DNA of 64,000 bases from Eimeria praecox (taxonomy: Eukaryota). The notes under the pieces were generated by a model, which was not told the DNA's origin, ran no database searches, and saw only the letters and a program-made list of their open reading frames with translations. Position 1 is the first letter of the stretch. Each line of letters begins with the position of its first letter. Location of the stretch: NCBI GenBank assembly GCA_963920595.1, contig OY986948.1:4650001-4714000 (forward strand), written 5' to 3'. Position numbers and translations under genes: made by a program. Of the stretch, positions 46,893 through 60,765 are shown piece after piece.

Positions 46893-48789
46893 ATGGAACA
46901 AGATAAAGGAAGGCGCGATGATGGCAACGCAAAGTCCTCAAGTGTGCGGCTTGAGGACTGTGGGGAGGATGGGGAGCGTAGAGCGCAGGCGTTCCCTCTC
47001 TTTGAAAAAGCAGCAACCGCAGCAGTAGAAAGCTCACCTATGGCAGCGAACTCTAGTTGTGGATACCCGAGGGATGAAGCGACTTGTGGAGACGAAGGAA
47101 CGGCAAGCAGAAGTCATCCGCCTGCTCCGTCTGTTGAAGAAGTTGGCGCCGGTGGTTGCCCCGCGTACGCGTTTCATATCCACGCGGCACGAGCTGTTGA
47201 TCCTCTAATAGGGGAAATGTTCGTTTGTCCCCAAACCCTAGAGGCTTTGTGCTTGCACCGGATGCTCGGCCTTCCACTTTCTTTTACGTGGGAGCATATT
47301 CCCTCCCCTTCTTTGTCTTGGCGCGGAGGACAGCCATCTACGCAGTCATGGTGGCCCCTGGCAAGCACTGGCCCATCGCTTCCCGCTGGTGTAGATCCCA
47401 AAACAGGCATGATGTTGAGCGGTTACTTACTGCTGGAGGCCCTTCGGTCATGCGCACATTCAAAAGTGCGTGCGCCGGTGTTGGACGACGCCACCGGCCC
47501 TGCAGAAGCCCACGCCAGGGTTCGTGGCGGAACAGTAGCGGCAGAGAGTGCATTGGAGAAGTGTAGACGTTCTAGCAAGGATCTTGCTTGTATTGGCGTC
47601 TGCGAAACCCGTTCCCCAGTTGAACAAGCAACTGATCTTGCAGTCGCAGAATTGGTGCAGCAGGCTGTGGATACGGCACTGGTACGCTATATTAATCCCC
47701 CCAGGATCAGCCTCATATCCAGTGATAGGGTGCGCTGCTTCTCTGTGGATCTTTGCGGAGCAGCTTCTGTCCCCGGTGTGAGTGCTGTTAGTGAGGGGTG
47801 CACTGCCCCACATAATGGCAGCAACCTTGTAATTTATTCTTGCAGTAAGGCGAGTGAATATCCATTGGAAGCCTGTGTTGGTCTCGTGTCCTGCGTGTAG
47901 AGCTTCTATATGTGGAAAGACGACGAAACATTTCGTAGTTTCACGAGGCCGATGCTTCAGAACACGTTCGGCTGTGTATACGGGACCTATTATTGTTGGG
48001 CCGTGAGACGCAGCATTGGGGGTGCCGAAGCCGCCTGCAACAGCCCCCGTGTATTTCCTGAGGACCTAAATCGTCATTTTCCCGACTTTGAGGACAGCGA
48101 GGCAGCGCATGATTCAGTTACAGTGGAAGAGCTGTTGATTGTTGACGGAATCCGCCGGGCTCTTCGTGCTGTTGAGCAACATTTGCAGGGGAAGCCTTTT
48201 CTCGGAGGGTGCAGCAGTAATGCGTTGGATGCTACAATTTTTGCGCGCTTGGCCATTCTGTTTTCCCTACCGTTGCCAGGTATGTAGCCTCAGCTCGAGG
48301 CTGTAGAAGCACTGGCTGCTCGTTTTTAAACCATCACATGAGCGGCAGTTACTCGTATGCTACTATCCCGCGCGCCGACAGCCGCTTAAAGGATGCGCTT
48401 TTTGCTGTGCAGATCGCCGCGAATTGCAAAAGGTGCTCTTGAACGCAGGCACTTTGCTGCAGTATTGCGGCAGAGTCCAAGAAGCTCACCAGATATGGCC
48501 GTCGGGTCCGTCATTCCTTTTCGGTGTTTTGTCGCTTGCTGAAGTAGCAAGGGGAGCCTCACTGTGTGTGCATTCGTGGAGGCAGCAGCGAGGCACTTCA
48601 GGCCATGGTAATTGCGAAGAGGAAACCGAAGGAAGCAATGAGGGGCAAGCACGCCGGTTCCTTTGGTGGTTGGGCGCAGCCACCTGCTGTGCTGTTATTC
48701 TAGTTGCTGCCGGCAAAACACCATTTCGCTTGACCGAAATGCGGCTGCCCAAAGGCCCTTTAATCCCCCGCGTAGCTAATAATGGCTGA
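46893..48789 (+). CDS. Metaxin/Sam37-like (GST-fold) mitochondrial outer membrane protein; exons 46893-47681, 47901-48279, 48413-48789
   Basis: CPQTLEAL..RM thioredoxin-like start; W.DDETFRSFTRP; LRAVEQHLQGKPFLGG...LDATIFARLA GST-C-like motif; LLQYCGRV; C-terminal hydrophobic anchor FLWWLGAATCCAVILVAAG. Both introns are GT-AG and in phase. Confidence 0.65.
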
Positions 48790-49872
48790 TTGGCTTTATG
48801 AGAAGTATGGTGGTACCCACCTCAACATACTTTACTGCTGAAGGCCTTTTCGTGAGGGAGCCGGCGGCTCAGCAGCCACACAAATACGTGTTCCCAGCCC
48901 ACGTACGTGGGCTTGTGGGCATCAGTGGTGTTGGCAAGGCCTGGCGGCTTTGTCCCGCCCCTAGTTGGATAAGGTTAGAGGTGGGGGGGCGAGGTCAAAC
49001 AAGTTCTACAATAGTTCTTTCGTACTGTGATGTGAATAGCTGAGACGTAGTTGTGTTTGCTGTAGAGGTGCTTGGCCTTGTGGTCAGGGCAACCGAAGGT
49101 TTCGGTTGCGTGAATGATATGCCAAGCCTCCTTAAAGGTATACACATCCACTAATTTTCTGTGTATTGATACACCCTAAACGCAGTACCAAACAGTGGAT
49201 GGGCGGGCCACCGTGGGAGGCAGCGAGCCCAGATGCACAGGATTGTACTTTTCACCAGCTTGGGAGCCTTGAAATCTTGGCGAACTATTGCTTAACCAAA
49301 AAGGACTTAGGGCCCCATAATATTGTAGACAGTATCATTCACAAGTTTTATGGGCTTAAACGCTTTGTAGGGCGTCAGTGCCAGGGTCACGCAAGGACGA
49401 GCTCACCAGTGGCCCGTGTAGTTAGTCATGAGTTCGGCATACACCATCTACACATTTCGAAACCAGTTTAGAAATTCTTGTTTAATTTCTGAAAGGTGTG
49501 AATTGCTCATAGAGTAGTTCAAAGGAAAGGCGTGCACAAGATAGCCGGTGACACGATCGAGCTCGGCAGCAGAACGGTGTCCTCGTTGAGCAATCGACAC
49601 GCCGGCGAGCAGGAAGCTAGCAGCAACTAGTGAGTGATGACTCTTTTCTGCCGAAGATTCAGGCACATTCTATTCTATGTATGAATCATTTGTTGCATCT
49701 TGTGAAAGCTTGATACTTCGGCAAACTCCAAACCCCCAAGTCTGAATTCGTCAAATGAGGCTGACTAACACAGCTGCCACAACCCCAGAAGACAATGTTT
49801 CGACTGCTGAATCTCCCAGGTCTCGCAACAATTCTCTCTGTGTCTCAGAGAGTCCAGATAGTGAAAATTACA

Positions 49873-52800
49873 ATGTTGGGAGCATTCAATATCTGTTTGC
49901 TGTCTACTTTGCTCTCCTTGCTGCCATACAGCTGGAGGATGGTAGCGATGGCAGATAGTCTCTCCGTAACACCAGGATATGGGCTTGAAGGGCCAACAAA
50001 TCTTCCCACAGCTGTACTTAATTTAGATTCAGCGGTAGAGGGACTCAAGGCAGGTGGGAATTCAAGTTTCTGGGGGCAACGTGCAGACCTCCTAGACGGC
50101 ATTTGCCCAGCCGAAAGCCTTGCCCCTGACGTGCCGCAGGTGCCATCTAGGGAACAAAACATTGAGGAGCTGGAGTATATGCTGCGTGACACAGGGCTCG
50201 AGGAAGCTGCAAATAGTAAGCCCATGAGGGGAGCCCTCGACATGCACATCACACGCTAGATGGTTACGTTGCCAGTTTGTTGCAGGTTTGCCTAAATGAG
50301 TAGTTCCGTATCAGATGCAGAATGTTGTCCTAAGATTTCGTCAGAGGGAGACGTATTTTTCATATCTTCCGTCAGTGTCTGAGAATAATCGATGTGGATG
50401 CTGCTGTGCAATCCTGCAGAGCTTTGGCTGGCATTTTACGGAGGCGAGGCGCCTACAGCAGCTTCCAGCGTGGAAGAATGGTCTGAGCAGTTCCTAGAAC
50501 TCTTAAAGGGTTCAGACATCCAAGAACAAGAAGGATATCCCTCGGGGACGCACAAAGCACAGCTATTCTTTCTCCGTAACCTATTGGGGAATGGGTCGGA
50601 CACGGCTGCGCATGGAAGCTTGCAAGCCTTACTGTTAGATAAACTGCGCAGTGTAGCTGGGGTAGTCCTAGGCGGCGATGCTATTAGTCAACAGGTTGGG
50701 CACTTACGGACAGCTGCCCACGAGGTGCACCCCCACAACGTTGTGAAACAGGAAGGACACCAGAAACCTCGCAGCTTGCATATTCCGCGCTCTATAGTGC
50801 CCATTGCAGGCACTCGCAATCCTTTCAGTGAGTTTCCTAACCACCTTGTACTGTAAAGACAACATTATAGGCAGCTTAGCCCCAGTGTCGTTTCCAGGAT
50901 GCTGCGTCAGCCCGCTTTTCATTTTCACATTTATTTGCTGCTCTCTTTCTTCTTTAGTGCTCGGCCTCTTCTGGAACTTATTGATCGCATACACCGGTTT
51001 TGATTCCTACTTCGGAATGGAGAGGGTTGCCATGCCATTCTTTTCTTGGCCCTCATTGCTTGCATCCCTTACTGGACAAAGCAGCTCCCACATCGATGCG
51101 ATGTGCTCCGTGCAAAGGCGCAGGTCGCTCACTGAAAGAATTTCTGAACGGGGGCGCTCAAAAGGACTTCAGCAGACGAGGAGCCACAAGCGCGCTTCGT
51201 CGCTGAGGCAGTCTAGTCATCGCACGCTTTGCGAGCTTTTGGACCGTCTGATCTCCTCTCTTGGCGAGTGTAAGTCAAAACGTATATGCTAGTTCAGCTA
51301 AACCACGTTTTAAGTAGGCTAGCCCCTGTGTGTTAGACCATAACTTAATACTCACCCTACCAGTGCGGCTTGTTCATGTGATTACTGGCATGCAGTCGTC
51401 ACAGGCCACGTGACTACGCTGGCAGAGGCGGGAGTGCCTGTTGAGCTTGGAGTTTCGCCTCTCCAAAACATGAAACGTTTGCACGGAGAAACCTGTTTGC
51501 CTAACGAAGAGGGCCATATTCACCTGCCCTGCGTCTTTGAAGAATCTCGGCTTGCGAAGGACAGCCAGGAGTTGACGAAGTTTGAAGATGATGCTGATCA
51601 GCAGATTCGGCATAACGCCCAGGCAGAATTGTTGAAACAAGCACATACGACAATCTCGGGATTAGGTACGCCGTCCTAGCATTTTACCATTAAAAGCATC
51701 CTAATCGCCATGAAAAGAGAACCTACGGTCAGCTTCGCGTGTAATGCAGTCATGTTCATCTGCGTGCTTCTGTCGCAGGAGCGTTGGAATGCAAGATTAG
51801 CTCTCGTAAGTCATGGGCTGCGTTCTTGTATACATATACGCCAAGCTTCTTCAAGCCCCTGAACTTGAAGAAGCTTGGCTGAACCAGCATCTTCTTTGCC
51901 CTTCTTCTAATGTAGGGTTGTTTGCTTGCTTCCACGTTTGCAGGTCAAGAAAGAAACTTAACGGGAGCGGATTGGGGACTTTTGCCTCGTCCAGTGAATG
52001 AACAGCTCGAGCAAGGTAAGCTCCATATGGCGCATTTGCGGTGCAACGCAGGGCATGGCTCTGCCAAATACGTCCAGCCAAGTAATGCTATGGTTGTGCG
52101 GCTTTCGTTCAGGCAGAGAGCGAGTCATGGAAAGGTTGAACTTGGCAGTAGCCACCCTGTTCACAACTTCCTCCCTAGACACTGGTAAGCCGTTCCCAAG
52201 AAACATAGTGCACGTTTTAGTTTTGTTGCAATATACTAAGATGCAATTCACTTGCTTGTTGGCTTTTTCTTCGCGTCTTTCTTCAGCATCAAGCTATTGG
52301 CTTGCCTTCGAAAAAAGAAATTTGAAGCAGGCTACACAGGATTTTAAAAGAAGTATGTGCCTAAGGCCTGGGGTCCCCCTTCAGTGTGCTGAACGAGTTA
52401 TTGTACGAGAATTTGACTGGAAAGCGCAGCTTTGCACATCATCTGGTGTGAAACAAATACATACTGGTGTTTGTGCTTGCTGTTCAGATATTCTCCGCAT
52501 CCTACAGTCAGTGGGGATGGATTCCATCGGCAGGAGGCTGTTGCGAAGCACCAGTAGTGAAGTTTCAGATGACGAAATCCAAGCAGTTGCCGACAGGCTG
52601 AAAGACCTTAGAGACGCTCCTGACGGAATGAGGGCAGCGTTGGCTCTCTACGCAATTCGTAAGCTCTTGACACCCTGCAATATACGTCCGGCTACCCACG
52701 CGCAAGTGGAGCTCCTGACCTTTTTCATCGTGTGCTTGTCCTGAACCTTCCTCGTAGTTCCAAGCCCCTTGTCAGAGGGAGGTACGAGGACTACAATGCT

Positions 52801-55190
52801 ATCCTTAATCCAGACGATGCTAGGAGACACGAGGAGTCCGCTCATGTTGGCTATCAGAGACGCGCCGTTTACATCTACTGCCACACAAGTTGCTGCGCCG
52901 CTGCCCGGCCCAACGCATATCTGGTTGTTTGCTTTCTTGAGCGCTCGGGAAGGTATGCTGTATCCAGGTTGCACCAGTACAACCTTCTGGAAATTGAGCC
53001 ACAAGCTCCCCTCGACAATCAAACATGTTGCAAGCTGCGTGTTTGTTTCGCATCAGGGTATCCACAACAAAAGGAGACCGTCTTTCGAAATCCGACGTGG
53101 GTGAAAGTACTTTACTCTCATGGATTTGTTCCTGGTTTTGTAAGAAACCTATTTTTTAAGTCTGCTGCAGGGTTTCTAAAGCGAACAAGGGAAATCAGGA
53201 TTCAGAATGCCCGGAAAGGTAGGCGCCTTCTTTTTGAGCATCCACACTTTCGGCGTAGACTAGTTTCTGCGGCACGGAATCTCTAGTAAGCCCAATTAGG
53301 CGAAGCCGCATTTGAGCGAGCCAGGCTGTCACGTGCGTGTTTGCAGCTCTACGAGAAAAATTGCCTTCCTCATTCTTCGGGAAGCTTTTGGAGCCTTTTA
53401 AGTTCACTGTTCACAGCGTAGCGCTCATGCAAATCATCAATTTTCACTCACTGAAGCACGACAAAACTGTGGAGGACTTTAAGCGGATCATTGGCGATGA
53501 ACGACCACATTTCCTGCAAGAAAAGCCAATTTCAGCCATAATGGATCAACAAATCCAAGATTGGGCGGCTCATGGCATGTCGCCTACATTACTAGAGTCA
53601 CACGTTGATTTTACTAGTTTCAAGAGAACATGGAGTAAAATCGATCTCAAAGCTCTCCCATTGCCTGACCTTTCAGACTGGTGGGCTCGTCTTAATTCTC
53701 TCGTAGTGAAGGGATTAGAATCTTACTTGGTCCTGGAAAAGCACCTGGAATCGCTTGAAGACACCGTGTTCACCCTGGTCAATGACTCTCTTCGTAAACT
53801 TAAGGCTGATGACGGCCAAACAATGTTCTTTACAAGGATTGCCCGCCAGAAGCGTCAAGGTCCTCTACAGCGCCTTTGGGAAGGTGCAAAAACATCACTT
53901 ATGCGTCTTTTGTATCGTTCACCCAGCAGGCAGCATGGTGTCTGGTTTGGTGTTGCGGTTGACTTTGAGCAGCTGCACGATTTGCTAGACCAGCTGAAAC
54001 TGGTCATAGAAGATGAGCCAAGGTTATCAATCAAAGTGAACATGCAAGAAGCTTTCTTACGTGAGGTGGAGATTCAAATTCGCGCACGAGGCTCAGACGT
54101 TTTACGAGTACCGCCCCTTGTGGAGAGGAATATGGGAATGCTGGGTGTACGCCGCGGCTACGGCGGTTTGCCAGAAGGGCTACGCGAACTCGAGTTTCAA
54201 AGGTCTATGTGTATTGACCATTGCAGAGGCCTGTGGCAAATGTCTCTCAGCAGCATGCTGCCTTCTATGTTACGCCCGGATACGATGAAACGATACGAGA
54301 AGGTATTCGGCACGTCGTGGGCGCTTAACCACCTGTCAGACCCAAATTTTGTTAATTCACGGCGCATGATTTTAAAGAGCGATGCTGCAATCAACTTTTT
54401 TGACCATTCAACTCCGAAGGAAATCCGAGATGAGCTTAAGGGACTGGAAAGTGGCCAAGCTTCAATGTTTGCCTACTATATGCTGTTTTCTTCCCGCGTC
54501 CACCAGCGCCTAGGGAACCATTATCTGGGGCTTCACTTGCGTCAGCAGGCTCCCTTTATGGGTAACTTGGTGCTCGATTGGATATCTGTTAGAAGGAAGC
54601 ATGCAATCGCTGCGATTGTCTCTTCATTCGTTTTAACATTCATGGGCATATATGCGGTGATGAGTTTCTTCGACCTTTTGCAAAACCTTGTTGTCTCCGG
54701 AGCGACGCCCCCAGTTGACTGCTTGTGGAACCCGCTTTTTCAAGAAATGGCCTGCAACCCTGTCCCTGGAGGGGCTTCGCTGGGCACGGCGTGGGTGACA
54801 GCGATTGAACAAGTCTTTCTCATTGGATTGTTTACTGGTACAGCTGGAGGATTTTCTCTCTTCTTAACCATTAACTCTGCGATCGCCATCGTCGTTAACC
54901 AATCAAAGACGCTGATGCGTCTTCAGATGTGCTTAGGATCAGCCATATCCAGGCTTCTGCGAAGGGGGAAGAGTTCGTTTTCACGCGTTCGTGAATACTT
55001 CAAAAACCGCAGTTCTGTGAAACGTGTTATGCTTCAGCGGGCTGTTGCTGCAATGAAGGCCGGCTCAACCACATCAGCTATGAGCAGTTCAGAGAGCCTA
55101 AAAGCTGCGGATGACCTCCTTGATCAGCTCATCCATACAGGTCGTCCTAACCCTCTAAAAGCTCTTGGAGGAAAAGGCCTAATGAAGTAA
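49873..55190 (+). CDS. RON2L2: Rhoptry neck protein 2 paralogue, sporozoite-type RON2L2-like; multi-exon
   Basis: Signal-peptide-like MLGAFNICLLSTLLSLL. Large last exon with CIDHCRGLWQM and ILKSDA..FFD, and a disulfide loop between hydrophobic helices, DLLQNLVVSGATPPVDCLWNPLFQEMACNPV, closest to the Toxoplasma sporoRON2 D3 (DIAQFLTDSGMKAIEDCSWNPIMQQMAC). Internal exons not fully resolved. Confidence 0.8.
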
Positions 55191-56477
55191 CGCGTGTAGC
55201 AAATAAATTTTACCCACTTGTTTAATTGGGGCATTACAGCGTCGGTAGCGCATATGGAAATTTACGAAGCATGAAGCGTATACGCTTTTATGACATGTTT
55301 TCACATTTCTATTGCCATTGTCTTCAACTTTTGATCGTTTTTAGGTTGTTCAAACCATGTACTAGCTTCAGACGTACAAAGTGCTCTGAATACTTCAATT
55401 TTCGATACGCTGCTATTCTTTAATACCTGTCTGCGCACTAAATTTCATCAAGGAATCAAACAGGTGCTTCAAGAGATGCATATTTCAGCTCCTGCGGTAC
55501 TGAGAGGTTAACCCCAAGCCTCCGTAAGCTGGTTTGGGCTGGAACGTTTTTATGCACGCCTTTTAATACGCATAAAGGCTTAAATGCAAGTAGCCATTAA
55601 TAAATAGCAACGACTGGGGATGGAAGCAATGCTCTCCAAGGATTGTGATTTTCTTTGTGGTGGTCATTCCCACTAAGGTACCAATGGAGAAAGGCATTAT
55701 CCCTGATTGGGCATTGTTTCATCTCCTAATTGAACTGCCAGAGGGAACACTGTAACGTGAGTTTTGCAAGGACTAGTAGGAAGCCCATAAAAAGATGGGT
55801 CTACAGTTGGTTCCTGCATCATCGGCCAGTCGGAGCCTCCGCAGTGAGCAATATTTCTTACATTCGATAGAAGTGCACCATAAAGGCTTCGACGTGATTT
55901 TGTTGGATGAATGGTGCCACAACCTGACAGCATTTTTTTATCTTTCCCAGAGTAGAACAGCCTTTCAAAACCCTGCCAGAAGACTGGTGTGTAGAACCCT
56001 GTCTGCAGCTGTTCTGGCTTTTGCCTCTTCAAGGCGTACTCCGTTCCACTGGTCAGAGGTCGATAACAGAAATACTTTGAAAGTAGCTTTATCCGCTATC
56101 AGAAATGGTCAGGCCTGTGCGTGGATCGGGCTTCCTAGGAGTGCCGCAAACGCTTAAAAGCTCAAAATATTAGAACAAACCCCCGTTAACGATCACCCGT
56201 TTAATACACATTCGATATTGCTACCTTCGTACGTTTTGCCTTTTAGACAGAAACAGAGCGCAACCTCTCATCGGCGGCATGCTTTTACAGGTGTAAACCC
56301 TCCTTTTTGGCGATATCAGCGACGGTTGCAAGGAAGCTCGCGTCGTCAGCGATGCCCTGGCTTAAGTCCTGTAGACAGGAAAGAGCTATGGCATACAGTA
56401 AAGGGCTATGGCCTATGGGGACGGCTGATTCGCGCCAAGCTTTTGGTACTTACATGAGCAGAACTCAAGCTAGATGA

Positions 56478-59400
56478 CTACGAATCTGCTGCTACGTCAA
56501 GGTTTTCATTTCGCAGCGGGTCACTTACCACAAGGGCCTCAAGCATCAGTGGAAGAGCCACTTGGCCACAGCTATCCTTCTCGTTAAGGAAAGGGTGCAG
56601 GAATTCCGGAATGCTGGCGAGCTGCACTAGGGGTCGAGGGTGGGTAATGCGTACTGTTGCAGAGCTGGCCCCCGCTGCTACAACATCCTTCGAAGACGTG
56701 GCAGCTTGGTGGTAGGCTAAGAGGATGTTTCTTCGGCAAGGCTCAATAGGCGCCTTCGACAAGTAAGCACTGAGGCAGAGCTTTGGATGCCAGTCGACAT
56801 CTAAGTGTCGCGTATATCTAGGATTTACTAAGTAAAAACCAAGGAAACGATGGAGAAGTGCGTGTATTGACTCATGTGAGTGTACTGAGGATAATGTGCA
56901 GGCCTGTATGCATATAATTTAGGGCTAACGAGACCATAATGCGGGTGGAGACGAATGGATTAAGAACCGTTCTCAGATCAACACATATTGTGGATCATTC
57001 AGGCCATGCTAGGGAGCCCCCCATGCAAATCTATGAACTTCAGCAACTGCAGGAATACAACGCAGGCTACTTTGTCAGTGCTAAGATCACCCATAAAAAC
57101 TCCACAAGGTCAGCAGTCCGTATAGATGTTTTGTCGACCAGTGTCAATATTTTCAAGGCGCTTCTCAAGTGCTCTATAGGCTGCACGCACCAAACACAGC
57201 AATAAGCAGGCCCAGTTTCACCACTGGAGAGTTAAATATGGTGCAGGATTGCGATATGGATAAGCTCTCACGCTGGTTCGCATCTCACAATGTGTGCTGA
57301 CTGGACACCAAACGCGTCCCAGAGGAGCTGCTCCACAGATTCTGCTGGGACGAGACCCCGAACGTCGCTTAGCTCCCTAGGTGCCACTCCACAACAAACA
57401 ACGACTAGTCAAAATAATACTAGCTCTGGGGCTTAATGAGCCACAGCTATTCTGTAGGCTCGTGAGGCCTTGCTTACTTGAGAACAGACTTCAGGATGAG
57501 GAACCCCAAGCAACCTTTCGCCGCTTTAATGGCCTCTCGAAGCCTCTGTTTGAAGGTCTGCAGCGCTGTTTGCTGAACCTGAAGCCCCCGTAAACAGAAA
57601 GTACGTACGAGGGTGACAGTCCACCGCAGCCAACCAGCACGCTTAGCTGCACTCTTTGCGTGTTTCGTGCCAGTTGGCGATGGGCGGATAAGGACATTAC
57701 TAAGCACCAGTGTAGCTCAATTTGATGATGATATTCTTGCGGTAAACGTACCTCAGTTGATGCAGTGCTCTTCTCGTTCTTGGTTCTCAGAGATTTTTCA
57801 AGAATTCCTAAGGCTTCTGTGTCTTTACACAACCCCTGCAAAAGCGTTGCCCAAAAGCAAAGAAGGCCAAAGAAATGAACCTTATTTACTCGCAAGTGAG
57901 TCTGAGTCGTCAGCACGCTTCAAGGACTTCTTGGTGCCAGGCCCATGGGGTCAATGGGTTTCATACTTGTAGCGAACTCTGCACTGGGATCGAAAAGGAA
58001 TTATTCTTCGCAAACAGCTTTTGCCCCATGCATGAGGTCTTCTGTACACTAGAACTGCAGGCCGCACGCAAAAGTTTTGGTTGACAATCCCGCTTAGAGG
58101 ACAACAGAAGCAAGGCTTGGAGCATGTGCTTTTAGAGAAGTCTCAGGGTCACGGCTAGCCCAAAGCTGGTCTTGGTATGAGGGTGCGCCTGACCTTTGAG
58201 CGCTGGCTAGCTCGCTCCAACGGCTGACAAGTTCGGCACCCTCCGACGTTCCAGACCTCACTTGCTGTCGAATAATTCGGAGTCATACAGCCAGGACTAC
58301 AGCTTTGGCTTAGTATATAAGCGGGTGGTAATCTCTAAACGGGTATAGCATGGGCCCTGCAGCTATTGTTGAAGTCACCTGCCAGTTGGAGTGATATATG
58401 GCTAGTGTGGAGTGCTCGCAGGAAAGCATCAGCAAGCTCATAGGAATAAACGAGCGTGTACGTTCTACCTGCTGGAAGTACTTTTCGGCATTGTCTTCCG
58501 GAGTGAGAAGATTCTCCTCTTCTTGAGCTCGTGGTACCTGCAGAAATGTGCTGTAACTCTGGAAAGCATTGAAAGTTATGATGCAATCAGCAGCCTTTTT
58601 GGCACTCCGTAACTACACGCTCGCGCATTGTGGGCAGCTCTTGGGTCGTTGACCATGCAACTGCTCACCGAAAACTTGTAAGTCGCAGAGGACTCTGTTT
58701 CATGGGTGAATTTCTCTAGTTCGGCATGGTTTGAAGTGGTCTGCGACACCTCCATACATATCACATGCGTATTGGCATAGATATGCAGCATGCGCCAAGC
58801 CTGGGGACCCTGGTACGGTCCGTTTCGGAAAGTACAGAAGTGCTCGCAGAGCTAAGCTGCTGTATGATAGGAGTATGTAGGCTCGCCTACCGGCTGCCAC
58901 AGTCACTAAATGCGCAGTGGAGTATGCAGCTTTAGGTAGCCCGGCTTTGCTACCCACCTCATTTGCACTGCGTTCTTTGAGCGCTGCTTCTAGTGCCGCT
59001 GCGTCAATAGCCGTTGAACGAAACATACAAGTTTCGCGCATGTACGCGTTTAGCTCTTTCATTTTGCGTGAGGCAAGCTCATGTTGTGTGGGCCGCTGCA
59101 CTTCATGTTCCTGACGTGAGGGAGGATGAGTGCGGCGCCCAGCACTGGTGACGTAAGTCTCAGACACTGGATATGGCCGGTCCCCCATCACGCGCATAAA
59201 TGTGTCCAAATGAGGGGAGCTGCATAGCACAATGATTGCAGGACGTGTATATGCTGGCAACATAGTAGCTCAGACTGATAATGAGGTAGGGAATGCGGCA
59301 GTGCACAACTACTAAGGAAACTTTCCCTACCGCCCAGCCCTGCTCCCAAGAATACTGCAGCTCCATCTACTGTTACCGCTTCTGCTACTTTCAAAGCATT

Positions 59401-59577
59401 CAAATAGACTTGGTGATCGAATTTCTGGACTGGTGTCATCTTCGTTCGGTTGCTTGGGTACCTATCGAGATGCGTGTGCCCAGAAGCGTCCCGAAGGACC
59501 TCCTCCTCCATCCAGTTCCCTATCAGGGTACCATGGCCAGTGACCACGGACTTGTTATACGTCTGGCAGTATCCCAT
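56478..59577 (-). CDS. Probable flagellar microtubule-inner protein: SPAG8/NWE-motif N-terminus plus degenerate calcyphosin-like EF-hand C-terminus (may be two genes split at 57961)
   Basis: TLIGNWMEEEVLR (NWE motif of ciliary MIPs); FAKNNSFSIPV resembles SPAG8 FRKNCSFSTPV. In-phase GT-AG exons give GLCKDTE.., RLREAIKAAKGCLGFLILKSVLKELSDVRGLV and DKTSIRTADLVEFLW. Confidence 0.5.
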
Positions 59578-60765
59578 TTGCTAAGGCAAAAGCTAGTCTC
59601 ACAACCTTAGCCAATGAAGCCCCAAGTGAGCAAATCGACTGATTTGCCAAGGACGTCTTAGCCACGCGCCGTTACTGATGCACTGCGTGTAATGCTCTGT
59701 CGACCAGTTATGTTCCAACCGCATGAAAATAAATGCCTTGCCGTAGCACTTGCTCCTGCGCAGTCTGCCCGTTGGCCGGGTCTTCGTGAGCTTGCACTTG
59801 GCGCACGGAGCGCAAACGCACCAGCAGGCTGAAAGGCTTCCGCGCTTATGTCTTTCCACCTACTTTGTTAAGATAATCCAAAAATGCATATAAAGGGTTT
59901 TTAATACGAGGAATATCGTCCCCAAGAGGCACATGCCCGCTAGCTGACCTCGCAGCTAGCAATGTGGCGCCTGTGTGTTTGGGTCACTTAGGGATCAATG
60001 GTACGTAATTGAGGCCCGCCTGGATTTCGGGAACCCACAGTTCTTTCAAAAGCATTCTAGCTAGATCTTGATGGACAATTTTTCTGTATTTCACCTTTGC
60101 AGAATGGCCCTTTCGGTTTGATGTACACCTCGCAACTCCACGCCGGCCCCACAATTCAGAAAGGTCATTTTTAGCAGCGGTGGCCCGTCACTACGAGGCA
60201 TGCGCTTTACACCAAACCTAGAACTTCTCCAACGAGAGGTAGTGAGTTTTGGATGAGAGTGGCGCTCATACTAGATCCAAAACTTGTTGGCCGAGTGGCA
60301 AGAAAGTGGGCAACGTGCCGACTGCGCCAACCTGCGCAGCAAAGCGCCTCCGACCCCTGGAAATACTCCAGATCCCCGTTTGCACCTTGTAATCATCAAT
60401 AGATTATTTGAGTCCTTTCCTTAACGGCATTTTTGCGCAACGAACTTTGCACCGCTCAATGCGGCGCTGCCCTCACGTGACAGCCATAGAAACGCCTATC
60501 TTGAATACTGGGAGCAGCACAGCAGCTGGATTAGCAGTTTTAACATATTTGCATACTTCAAATAAATTATTGGGGCATTTGAGGGCAAGCTTGCATGGAA
60601 CGCATACAGATTTTGGTAGCAGTGCGGCAATAGAAGCCTTTGACCCGTTGCATAATGTGGTGCCGATAGTTGTGGTCTGCTAACTTCGTCCTTAGTGCTC
60701 TGGCATTCGAGACCCCCCTGTGCTCACCCAGTTCTGTATACCCTTGTCATCTGACGCAAAGCGCA

